This document shows positions 36,825 to 47,600 of a stretch of DNA of 64,000 nt, piece after piece (within the stretch, counting starts at the first letter, position 1; the number at the start of each line of letters is the position of its first letter). The DNA comes from Negaprion brevirostris. Lineage: Eukaryota. The notes beneath the pieces were generated by a model, which made no database searches, had not been told where the DNA came from, and worked only from the letters and a program-made list of their open reading frames with translations. The translations under genes were made by a program, and so were the position numbers. Where the stretch lies: NCBI GenBank assembly GCA_030324005.1, contig JARDVH010000031.1, positions 31,335,271 through 31,399,270 of the forward strand. Direction: 5' to 3'.

Positions 36825-37360
36825 TATAGGAGCAGACAATCACCATTTGACCCATCGAGCTTGCTCTGCTCATCAATGAGATCATGACTGATAATCCACA
36901 AGTCCACCTTCCGTCCTTAGCTCCATAATTATTGATTCCCTAACTGATTAAAAAGCTTATCTACCTCAATCTTGAACGTATTAACCACTCAGCCTCTACA
37001 GCCCTCTGCAGTTAAGAATTCCACAGATTCACTACCCTCTGAGAGAAGAAATCTCTGCCTTAAATGGGTGACCCCTTATCTGACACTATACCCTCTGCTC
37101 CTAGACTCTCCCACAAGGGGAAACAGCCTCTCAGCATCTACCCTGTCAAGCCTGCTGAGAATCCTATGGCTGGGATTTTCCGACCTCGCCTGCTGCTGGG
37201 AATCTCTGGTGCCATTGCTCTAAATGGAGTTTTGGCTGAGTACCAAATTCTCCATTCTTGTTGGCAGTGATGGGAGGGTGAACAGAATTGTCCCCAGTCT
37301 ATATGTTTCAATAAGATTGCCTCTCATCCTTCTAAACTCCAATGAGTACAGGCCCAACTG
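36825..37360 (-). mobile_element. CR1 LINE 3' fragment interrupted by a MITE (37168-37299)
   Basis: CR1 3' similarity on both sides of a 132-bp insert with GGCTGGGA / CCCCAGTC ends and TSD TAT. Confidence 0.8.
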
Positions 37361-38940
37361 AAATACAGTATCAATAGTCTCAATGCCCAGTAGCGAATAT
37401 GGATATTTTAAGCAAGTTAATTACTTCCCTTGAAATACCTCAGATAGAAATTTTGACACAGAAACATTGAACAGTAGCACAGAGAAGAATGTTAGGTTGA
37501 AATTTAGTGCCAGGAAGTGTTGTTGCTTAATTCATTAAACTGAAAAGGAATCACTTCCTGATGTCACTCTATATCAATGAAGGTTGTGTAAACAAATGGA
37601 ATTGGACTTGAATTTCCCTGACAGGAGAGATTGCTGCATGCATGTAACTTATAACTTATAATTTTTCAAAACATTTAAAACCCGTGGGAGCTTATAAAGA
37701 GTAAAATAAGTTCAACCAGTGCTTTGGCACTTTTAAAAAACTTTTCCAATCATAGGATGGCCTATCTTAGAGGCTCTCATCTCATACTGCCCGGCTTTAA
37801 CACTGTCCAGACTCTAACCAAAGTTATGCTGTCACCTTCAACAGAATTTCTCTACATGAAGTTGCAGTATACTGTCATCCATCCTTGTTATTGCAAGCGG
37901 GTTTAGAGGGAAAGTCTATTTGACAATATAGAGAAAGGTTTTTTTGATGAAATGTTCTTTGCAGTATTACTGTAAGTTATACAAGAGAGCTATAATATTA
38001 CATAACACAGTCTAGATTTTAATGCTGCCTAGCCAGCAGGAAGGATAAGTATATTGATGATTGACTGCTCCTGGTTGTATCTGCATCCCTGCAATTCTAA
38101 CTGAAGAGTTTCCAGCAGCAGAGATACCACTCCACTCAGACAATGGAGGCCTCATTCATTTTAAATGTTACCAGTGAGATTGAAATCAGATTCGGATGGG
38201 CTTTTACCTGGCAGGAATACTCAGCCTGGAAATGAAATCTAGCTGGAGACATGATTTTCTCCAGAAGAGGCTCAGGCCGGTTCAATTTTCAACATTTCTT
38301 TAGGGTCTCCTTGTTGGCCAAGAGGAGCAGGATACTAACTGGACCAAACAAAGAATCATTTAACTTTCTGTGGCTTAGGTTTACCTCAGAAGCTCCTAAT
38401 CACGATTGCTTTGGGACCCCCAACCCTCTTCCCTAAATCACCAATTACATTATGCAGGCCACTGTTTACATGAGTGCTCTGTAGCTTCCAGCTGTATAGG
38501 ATCCAATTCCTGCTATGGACCATCTCCCCATTCCTGCTGCTTTTAGCGGGGGTGCTCACTGGAGTGTCAAATTGAGGCATGGAATCCACATCAGCAGCAA
38601 AATGCCTTTCCCATTTAGCCAGGCCCTTACATGTGGAAGAGTTAGCATGAATGCTAAGTACTCATCCCAGGGCAATTGGGTGGGCTAATCTGACAAAACT
38701 TCAAGCTACAAAGTATACTCTAAGGTGAAAGTCCAAACTAGACAGTTCTTAGTTTATTCAGCATTGGTTGTATTTATTATTGCATATTGGTAAAAAACTG
38801 GCTGTAATTTTGCTCATTGTAAGTATCTCTGATCAGTAAGAGTCCTTGGGATTTAAAATTGACTATGAGGCACAATCCAGAAATAATATCAATTCATCAT
38901 TTTGTGCCTTTAAATATATTGATACCAGAGTGATTGTAGC

Positions 38941-39280
38941 AACATAGAAACAAGGAAAATAGGAGCAGGAATAAGCCATTCAGCCCTTCAAGCTTGCTCT
39001 GCCATTCAACACAATCATGGATGATCCTCTTTTTTAATGTCATACTTCAGCACTCTCCACATACCCCTCGATCTATTTAGAGTGCAGAAATATATCAAAT
39101 TCTTTCTTAAATATATTCAATGATTTGGTCTCTACAGACTTCTGTGGTAGAGAATTCCAGTTCACCATCCTCTGAGTGAAGAAATTTCCCCTCATCGAAA
39201 TCCTAACTGCCCTACCTTGTATCCCGAGGCTGTGAACCCTTGTTCTAGAACCCTCAACCAGAGGAAACAGCATCCTTGCA
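38941..39280 (-). mobile_element. CR1 LINE 3' end
   Basis: ORF 39073..39273 reads NFFTQRMVNWNSLPQKSVE..SLNIFKKEFD. Confidence 0.85.
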
Positions 39281-39341
39281 ATTGTAACAATCGCAGAATG
39301 ACTTACTCATCTTCTATTCTTTTTTCTTCATTTGTTCTTAG

Positions 39342-39440
39342 GGTGGACCTGGTCCAACAGGTGTTCGTGGACCTGAAGGACCCCAAGGGCAACGTGGTTT
39401 GCCTGGTCGCCAGGGTACACCAGGACCTGTGGGCAACATT
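39342..39440 (+). CDS. col5a2: Collagen exon, 99 bp: GGPGPTGVRGPEGPQGQRGLPGRQGTPGPVGNI
   Basis: tcttag|GGT...ATT|gtaagt; 11 triplets. Confidence 0.97.
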
Positions 39441-39525
39441 GTAAGTCCGAAAAGTATACTGATGCTCAAAAACTTGATCCGTTGTGGACATCCGATCATA
39501 TTTAACTGCCTTTTTTTATATGTAG

Positions 39526-39570
39526 GGTCCAACTGGTATAGATGGAACTCTTGGTGTCAAAGGCCCATTG
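39526..39570 (+). CDS. col5a2: Collagen exon, 45 bp: GPTGIDGTLGVKGPL
   Basis: atgtag|GGT...TTG|gtatgt; 5 triplets. Confidence 0.96.
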
Positions 39571-40087
39571 GTATGTTTTCTTAAGTTATTCTAATTTGCC
39601 ACTTCTAGTTAAGAAGCCAACTTGATCAGTGAAGAATTAAATAACCTTGTTAATATAGCTGGATTAAATGAATTAAATACGTTAAATACCAGTTTCTTTC
39701 CACTGTTTTAATTATTGATCTGTCATTTTAATGCCTCCTGTGTTTAGTTCTGCTTTCCTTCTAACATGCAGTTGATTCTTCTTTTTTCTATTTTGTTATT
39801 TTTCTCTGGCACAATGATCTTTCTCATACTTGCCATTGTTCTTTCCTTTGTTTAATCTGTTGTCCTCAAAAACAAGCAAGTACATATTGGAAACACTGCT
39901 GCAATTGTCTAAAATTTCATACATTGAAAATGTTTCCCATCATACATGAAGAACTCCAAAGTGCTTTGTCGCATTTTAAACATATTTCTGTTTTGGAGGT
40001 GCACTGTACAATTTTCCAATTCTATTTTGATATAGGATTGCCTATTCTTTTGGGAAAATTACTTAATGTCCCATGTTAATTTGGGAC

Positions 40088-40920
40088 GGGAGGACAGAGA
40101 GGATGCAGCAGGATATAGATAGGCTGGAGACTTGGGAGGAAAAATGACCGATAGACTGTAATCTGGGTAAATGTGAGGTCTTGCATTTCGCAAAGTCTAA
40201 TGCAGGAGGGAAGTAAAGAGTAAAAGGTAGAACTCTTAGAAGCATTGACGTATAGAGGGTTCTTGGCATAAAGGTCCAGAGTTCTCTGAAACTGGCAATA
40301 CAAGTGGATAAGGTCATCTGGAAGGTGTATGGCATGCTTGCCTTCATTGGTCGGGGTATAGAGTATAAAAATTGGCAAGTCATGTTGCAGCTGTATGGAA
40401 TATTAGTTCGGCCACCTTTGGAATATTGCATACAGTTCTGGTCACCACACTACCAGAAGGAGTTGAGATTTTGTAGATGGGGGTACAGAAAAGGTTTATC
40501 AGAATGCAGCCTGGTATTAGCTATGAGCTGAGATTGAACAAACTTAATTTCTTTTCACTTGAACATCAGAGGCTGAGGGGCAACCTGGTAGAAGTTTATT
40601 AAATTATGGATAGAGTAAATGGTCTTTTCCCCAGGGTAGAAATATCAATTACTAGGGGAAGTTTAAAGGAGACATAAGAGACAAGTTTTTTTACACAGTG
40701 TGTGGTAAGTGCCTGGAATCAGTTGCCAGAGGAGATAGTGGAATCAGATACAGTAGCAACATTTAAGAGGCATCTTGACAGATCTGTGAAGAGGCAGGAA
40801 ATTGAGGGAAATGGACCACATAGAGGCAAAAGCTCTTTAGTTTAGAATATCATAATGTGTCAGCTCAGACTTGGTGGACAGAAGGGTCTGTTCCAGTGCT
40901 GTACTTTCTTTGTTCTTTGA
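40088..40920 (+). mobile_element. CR1 LINE 3' ~830 bp
   Basis: ORF 40304..40531 reads YGMLAFIGRGIEYKNWQVMLQLYGILVRPPLEYCIQFWSPHY; ends in (TTCTTTG)n. Confidence 0.9.
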
Positions 40921-41263
40921 CACCACACTGTTGTCTATATATGCTTAAAGGATTTGTTATTCTTTTACCTTCAAATCTAATGCCAAGCCAATGCTAAAGG
41001 GGTAGAGTTTTTACTAGTTCCAACAAATATAGCACTTTTTTACTGTGATGCTACCTTTCTCCTTTCAGATTTGGGGGACAATGGTGTACTGGTATTGAAA
41101 TCCAGGATAATATTGTGGGGGTCTGGGTTGAAATTTCACCATGGCAGATGGTACACTTGAACTGAATTTAAAAAAATCAAGAACTGAAAAGTCTGATAAT
41201 GACCATGAAAGAAGTCTCACAACACCACGTTAAAGTCCAACAGGCTTATTTGATAGAAAAAGC

Positions 41264-41298
41264 CACCAGCTTTCGGAGCGCTGCTCCTTCATCAGGTG
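41264..41298 (-). ncRNA. Minimal type I hammerhead ribozyme motif in the pLTR (G at the cleavage position, probably inactive)
   Basis: CAC-CUGAUGA-A-GGAGC-AGC-GCUCC-GAAA-GCU-G-GUG: conserved core, 5-bp stem II, palindromic AGCU stem III, CAC/GUG stem I. Confidence 0.75.
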
Positions 41299-42568
41299 AG
41301 TGGGAGTTCTGTTCACAAAAAGGGCATATAAAGACCAAACTCAATTTACAAAATGATGGAAGGAATGCGAGTCTTTACAGGTAATCATGTCTTACAATGT
41401 GGGTGGAGAGAAGGTTAAGCCCATGTTAAAGAGATGGGACATCCTTTCCTGCAGCATATCAGGTAGACAATGTTGGCTGAGTTGCAAGTATATGTACTGT
41501 GTACCTGGTGGATGGTGTTCTCATGTGACATGATGGCATCCATGTCGATGATCCGGCACATCTTGCAGAGGTTGCTGTGGCATGGCTGTGTGGTGTTGTG
41601 GTCACTGTTCTCCTGAAGGCTGGATAGTTTGTGGCGGACAGTGTCCTGTCTGAGGTTGTGCGGTTGGTTGAAGGCAAGAAGTGAGGGTGTGGGGATGGCC
41701 TTGGTGAGATGTTCGTCTTCATCAATGACATGTTGAAGGCTCTGGAGAAAATATCATAGCTTCTCCACTCCAGGGAAATACTGGACGATGAAAGGTACTC
41801 TGTCTGCTTGTCCCATGTTTGTCTTCTGAGGAGATCAGTGCGGTTTTTCACTGTGGTACGTCATGATGAGTCAATGAGTCAAGCACCATATCCTGTTCTT
41901 ATGAGGGCATCTTTCAGCATCTGACGGTATCTGTTGCGATCCTACTCATCTGAGCAGATCCTGTGTATACAGAGGGCTTGTCCGTAGGGGATGGCTTTTT
42001 TAACATGTTTAGGGTGGAAGCTGGAGAAGTGGAGCATTGTGAGGTTATCCGTGGGCTTGCGGTGCGGTGAAGTGCTGAGGTGACCATCCTTGATGGAGAA
42101 GCGTGTGTCCAAGAATGTAACCGATTCCGGAGATTAGTCCACGGTGAGTCTGCTGGTGGGGTGGAACTTGTTGTTGTCATCATATAGTTGTTTCAATGAC
42201 TGTTCATCATGAGTCCAAAGGAAGAAAATGTCATCGATGTATCCGGTGTATAGCATCGGCTGGAAGTCCTGTGCGGTGAAGAAATCTTGTTCAAACTTGT
42301 GCATGAAGATGTTAGCATATTGAGGTGCAAATTTTGTCCCCATGGCTGTTCTGTGAGTCTGGATGAAAAACTGGTTGTTGAAGGTAAAGGAATTGTGGTC
42401 CAGGATGAAGTGGATGAATTGCAGAATTACCCTGCACTTAACCCTCTCTCCGCTCACATTGTGTGTACCTTTAAGATTTGATTATCTGTAGAGACTTGCA
42501 TTCCAACCGTTATTTTGTAAATTGAGTTTGTGTCTGTATATGCCCTGTTTGTGAACTGAAATCCCACT

Positions 42569-42603
42569 CACCAGATGAAAGAGCAGTGTTCCGAAAGCTA
42601 GTG
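42569..42603 (+). ncRNA. Hammerhead ribozyme motif in the inverted pLTR (core mutated to CAGAUGA)
   Basis: CAC-CAGAUGA-AAGAGC-AGU-GUUCC-GAAA-GCU-A-GUG. Confidence 0.65.
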
Positions 42604-43220
42604 GCTTTTGCTACCAAATAACCCCACTGAACTTTAACCTGGTGATGTGAGACTTCTCACCCTGTTTACCCCAGTCCAATGCCGGCATCTCCACATCGTG
42701 ATGACCATGAAATCATTGCTGATTGTTGTCAAATCCCACTTAGTTCACTAATGTCTTTTAGGGAAGGAAATCTAGCATCCTTACCTGGTCTGCCCTACAT
42801 GTGACTCCAGACTCTCAGAGATGTGGTTGACTCCTTGACTGTCACCCCCTGAATGGCTGGAAGGCCACTTGGTTCAAAGATAATTAGACGTGTGCAATAA
42901 ATGCTGGGTAATAAATGCTGACCCAGCTAGCGATGCCCAATCCCCAAATAAATGAGGAAAGTGTGATTTCCAGCCACTTCAATCAATGGAATCATCTGGC
43001 ACCAGGCAACAGCATCATAACTGGATCTGTTTGGCATCCGGACATGCAGACCCAGTAATCAAATCAAATCAAACCCACAGGAAATTTTACAATTGCAGAG
43101 CACATTCAAACCATCAGCTGTCTTTATCTCCCTCAGCCATTCCAGCAATGATTCCCATATGCAACTTTACCATTCTTTTAATCAGAATTACATTTTTTTA
43201 TACTTACGTTTAATCACATT

Positions 43221-43346
43221 GGATGAGATTCTCCGGCCTCCCAGATGCGCGTTTCCCGGCGATGGCGGATCATGTGCCATTTGCCGGTGGCACTCCACGC
43301 GGGGCCAGAGAATTCCACTGGAATGAATGGCTGGAGAATTCCGGCC
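43221..43346. mobile_element. Harbinger-type MITE (CpG-rich, relatively young)
   Basis: GAGATTCTCCGGCC / GGCTGGAGAATTCC ends with TSD ATT. Confidence 0.75.
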
Positions 43347-44189
43347 ATTATTTTTTAATTTAAATTTTAAATCTTAGCATTATTTTATTCAAAGGGCTGA
43401 ATGGCCTACTCCAGCCCTAATTACACAAAATAGCAAGTGCGTGCCTTCTAGTCTACAAGATGCACTGCAGCAACTCACCAATGCATTTTTGACAACTCCT
43501 TCCAAACCCACAAGCAACGAGTGTGAGGTTAAAAAAAAGTCTATTACTTTATTTTTACATGAAAATAAATCATTTGCCAAGCAAATGTAATTTATGTCTC
43601 CTATAAAAGCCAAGTACTACCTCTCCTGTATATACCTGTGGTCAGGTCCTCCAGGCTCTTTGCTCTAAATTCCAGAGATAGGATATATATTTTTATTTCC
43701 TTTGTTCCTAATCCAAAACTTGGAATTTGTTTGACAACCCCTCCAACTCTATGTACATTGTACCTCCTTTGATTGTTATGTCCAGCCCACTACTGTGCTG
43801 ATTGCCCACATATTAAAGGAATAGATTTTGCTTGGCAGCCACTTTTGACATGATTGAATCCTTTACACTGTTCCGCTACTTTTTTCAGGAGGTTGAAATG
43901 CTGTTAACATAGCAACTGATTCTGAAGGATTCTCTTTCTTGCAGATAGATTGGGAGTGTGTGAGTCAAAGTTGGATATTGCTTTCATCCTTTCTAATATC
44001 GTAGATCACCCCTACATTAGGAAAATGTAACTCCCAAGATGATTTTTCTGTAATTGCTTTCAGGTTTCTGCTGGTTGCGTTTACATGAGTGAAAAGTTTC
44101 TTTATTATGTTCAGCTTGTTAATGTGGGACATTGCTGAGCTAGAATGACTGCCATGTGAGCTTACACAGCAATTGCTGCACTCCCAATT

Positions 44190-45830
44190 ATTTTTTATTC
44201 TTTAGTGGGATGTGAGCACTGTTAGAAAAACACCAACAGCCTTTTAGAAGTTGGTGGTCAGCTGNNNNNNNNNNNNNNNNNNNNNNNNNNNNNNNNNNNN
44301 NNNNNNNNNNNNNNNNNNNNNNNNNNNNNNATGATTTTGACTCAGTGGCAGTGAAGGAATGGTGATTTAGTTTCAGGTCAAGATGATGAGTGGCTGGGAG
44401 GGGGGGCTTGCAGATTGCTGTGTCTCCATGAATCTACCTGTCCTTCTAGGTAGTTGAGCTTGTGGGTTTGGAAGGAGTTTCAAAGGTGCGTTGATGAGTT
44501 GCTGTAGTGCATCTTGTAGACTAGAAGGCATGCTTTGCAGCCACTGTGGAGAGACTGAGCGCTTAAGTTGGTGGACAGGGTATGACTCAAGACAATTGCT
44601 TTGTCCTGCATGATATTAAGTATTTTGAGTGTTTTTAGAGCTCATTCATTCAGGCAAAGAGAGATTATTCTATCACATTGTTGACTTGTGCCTTGTGGAT
44701 GATGGATAAGCTTTGGGGAGACAGGAAGAGAATTGCTCACCTCGGAATTCCCAGCCTCTGTCCTGCGCTTTTAAGCACAGTATTTATATAGCTACTCTAG
44801 TTCCGCTTCTGTTCAGTGGTAACCCAGTGTGTTGATAGGAGGAGGTTCAGTGAAAGTATTGTCATTGAATGTCAAGGGGAGGTAGTTAGATCCTTTTCCA
44901 TTGAAGGTGATCATTGTCTGGCACTTGTGTGACGTGAATGTTGTCACTTATCAGCCTAAGCCTGGATTTTGTCCAGGTCTTGTTGCATATGGACAAAAAC
45001 TGCTTCAGTGGTTGAAATGTTGCAAATGGTACTGAACATTGTGGCATTGCCGAAAAGCATTCTATTGATCGTATGATGGAGGGAAGGTCATTGATGTAAT
45101 AGCTGAAGATGGGTGGGCTGAAGAAACTCCCATGAGAAATTCCTGCAGTGATGTCCTGGCACTGAAATGATTGGCTTCCAATAAGCACACCATTTTCTTT
45201 TGTGTTGGGTGTTAGTTCAATAAGTGGATAGTTCTCCCCTTGATTCTCATTGACTTCAGTCTTGTCAGGTCTCCTTGTTGCCATTTGGTTAAAGGTTGCT
45301 TTGATATCAATGACTCTGTCTGGAGTTTGCTGTTTTGGCCAAATCTGGGTCAAGGCTGAATTAAGTTCAGGAATTGAGAGACCCTGGCAAAACCAAAACT
45401 GAGCATCAGTCAGCAGGTTATTGATAAGAAAATGCTTCCTGATAGCATTGTCAATGCTGCCTTCTGTCATTTTGCTGATGATTACAAGGAGAAGGATGGG
45501 GGAATAATTGCTTAGATTGAATTGGTGCTAGTTTTAAGGACAGGACATATATGGGCAATTTTCCATATTGCTGGATAGATATCAGTGTTATACTGAAACA
45601 GCTTGGCTAGGGGAACAGCTAGTTTTGGAGCACAAGTCTTTTGTAGTATTGTTAGAACATTGTAAGAGTCTAAAGCCTTTGCGGTAGCAGTGCCATTAGC
45701 CATTTCTTGATATCATATGGAGTGAATCAAATTGGCTGAAGACTGACATCTTTGATGCCAAGGTTCTTCGGATGAGGCTAAAATGGATGTCCACTCAGCA
45801 CGTCAAGTTGAAGATAGTCCAAGTATAACT
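44190..45830 (-). mobile_element. CR1/Jockey-group LINE ORF2 (RT) fragment, degraded
   Basis: KTCAPKLAVPLAKLFQ..IYPAIWKIAHICPV, NNLLTDAQFWF, DIKATF, ITAGISHGSFFSPPIFSYYINDLP; A-rich 3' end at about 44190. Confidence 0.85.
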
Positions 45831-46499
45831 AATTACATGAATCTCATAGAGACATTTAACTAACTTGTGAAGCACAACATTCACATCCCTACCTATTGAT
45901 AGATTTTTTAATAATTGATAGGAAGTTAGAGGCTCAAGTCTCCAACAAGAAGAATTTTCCTTTTTTAGTTCCCCCCTTCTTTGTTTCCAATCTTTGAAGT
46001 ATCATGACCTTATTGGAATATTTCAGTGCAAGTAATGCTATTTAACAGCATATAGGACACCCTATCCAAGGAAATGATTCTCAAACTCCCCATGGAGAGA
46101 ATTCCAGTCATTGAAGTGAATATTCATATGCAAATTATTATCTCGTTGTCTGCCCCACACAGATATTGCTCTAGAATGATTTTGGCTCAAACCTATGTAA
46201 ATAATGTCCTGAATGCTTAAGACAAATTTTTGACACCAATTTAGGAATTAAGCCATCTAAAATTTGGATTGTTGATTCCAAAATGTGTTTATGAAACAGA
46301 ATTCTAGAGAAGTGAGCACAAACCTTTTCACAGGATTGTTGGAATTTTCAATATAAATGCCACCCTCTCTCTGCAGGCTATCTTGGCAATATAAACTATC
46401 CCATTAGATTCCCCTCTCTGTGCCGCTACAGCCTCATTTACAATAATAAATCAGAGGAGTTCATGAAATTCTTTGTCACCAAGATTATGGCAATCTGAT

Positions 46500-46718
46500 C
46501 AGTTGCTGTGGCCCTCACTCTCTCTAGACAACCAGTCACCTGCACTCATCCTCTGAGTCCCTGCTTGCTTTACCTCTCAACTTGGATCTTTTTTCTAGTT
46601 TCCCTCCTATCTCTTCAAACACATCTTGTCCATGAGAGCCATCTCCCTGCTGTCTTGACTCTATTCTCACTGAAGTACGCATCAGCCAAATTCCCTTCCT
46701 ACTCTTGTGCGAGCTGAC
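46500..46718 (+). mobile_element. L2 LINE fragment (upstream of RT)
   Basis: Reads CCLDSILTEV..QIPFL, like the L2 'CxLDPIPT' motif; continues collinearly at 50430-51020. Confidence 0.55.
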
Positions 46719-46941
46719 ATTTTTTTTAAGAATGTTTTTATTGGAAGTTTTCCATTTTACCACAAAATGCAACAAACCCCAAAAATCCATTGCAGTACAG
46801 AGTAATCATTTTTCTGTACATTTATATGGAATAGACCAACGAATAGTCATACAAATAGTTTGAATTATCAATCATTGCAATCGTATTTGGGTTGCATACA
46901 AATAAGAAAAGATACCAGAAAGACTCAGAAAATCTCAGAAA

Positions 46942-47256
46942 AGTAAGAAGTCTCACAACACCAGGTTAAAGTCCAACAGGTTTATTTGGTATCACAAGCC
47001 ACAAGCTTTTGGAGTGCTGCTCCTTCATCAGGTGAGTGGGANNNNNNNNNNNNNNNNNNNNNNNNNNNNNNNNNNNNNNNNNNNNNNNNNNNNNNNNNNN
47101 NNNNNNNNNNNNNNNNNNNNNNNNNNNNNNNNNNNNNNNNNAGCACTCCGAAAGCTAGTGGCTTTTGCTACCAAATAAACCTGTTGGACTTTAACCTGGT
47201 GTTGTGAGACTTCTTACTGTACTTACCCCAGTCCAACGCCGGCATCTCCACATCAT
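46942..47256. mobile_element. Penelope-like element, inverted pLTR ends around a 100-N gap
   Basis: 46942-47020 is the reverse complement of 47142-47218; same family as 41211-42700; imperfect 11-bp TSD AAATCTCAGAA / AGATCTCAGGA. Confidence 0.85.
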
Positions 47257-47277
47257 AGATCTCAGGATAACAAGATA

Positions 47278-47600
47278 AAACATAGAAATGTAGAAATTCA
47301 AAGCAGGAGTAGGCCATTCGGCCCTTTGAGTGTGCTCTGCTATTCATTTTGATCACATCTGATCATCAAAATCAATATCCTGATCCCACTTTCTCCCCAT
47401 ATCTCTTGATGTCTTTCGCCCCAAGAATCAAATCTAATTTCTTTTTGAAATCACACAGCATTTTGGCCTCATCTACTTTCTGTGCTGGTGAATTCCACAG
47501 TTTCACTACCCTCGGGTGAAGAAATTTCTACTTACCGCAGTCCTAAAAGGTTTACTCCTTATCCTCAAGCTATGACCTCTAGCTCTGGATTCCCCAACAT
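47278..47600 (-). mobile_element. CR1 LINE 3' end
   Basis: AGCAGGAGTAGGCCATTCGGCCC, GAATTCCACAG, GTGAAGAAATTTC; similar to 38941-39280. Confidence 0.8.

Larger units (their letters stand above)
41211..42700 (-). mobile_element. Penelope-like retroelement (5'-truncated RT plus partial GIY-YIG endonuclease) with inverted pLTRs and a 12-bp TSD
   Basis: NSFTFNNQFFIQTHRTAMGTKFAPQYANIFM..YIDDIFFLW; C-rich linker and NIVYLICCRKGC; arms ~41211-41390 and ~42472-42657 are reverse complements; TSD at 41199-41210 and 42701-42712. Confidence 0.92.
41075..42960 (+). mobile_element. SINE of the 32780 family split by the Penelope insertion (5' part 41075-41210, 3' part 42701-42960)
   Basis: Both halves are collinear with 32780-33155; 12-bp duplication ATGACCATGAAA at the break. 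Confidence 0.8.
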
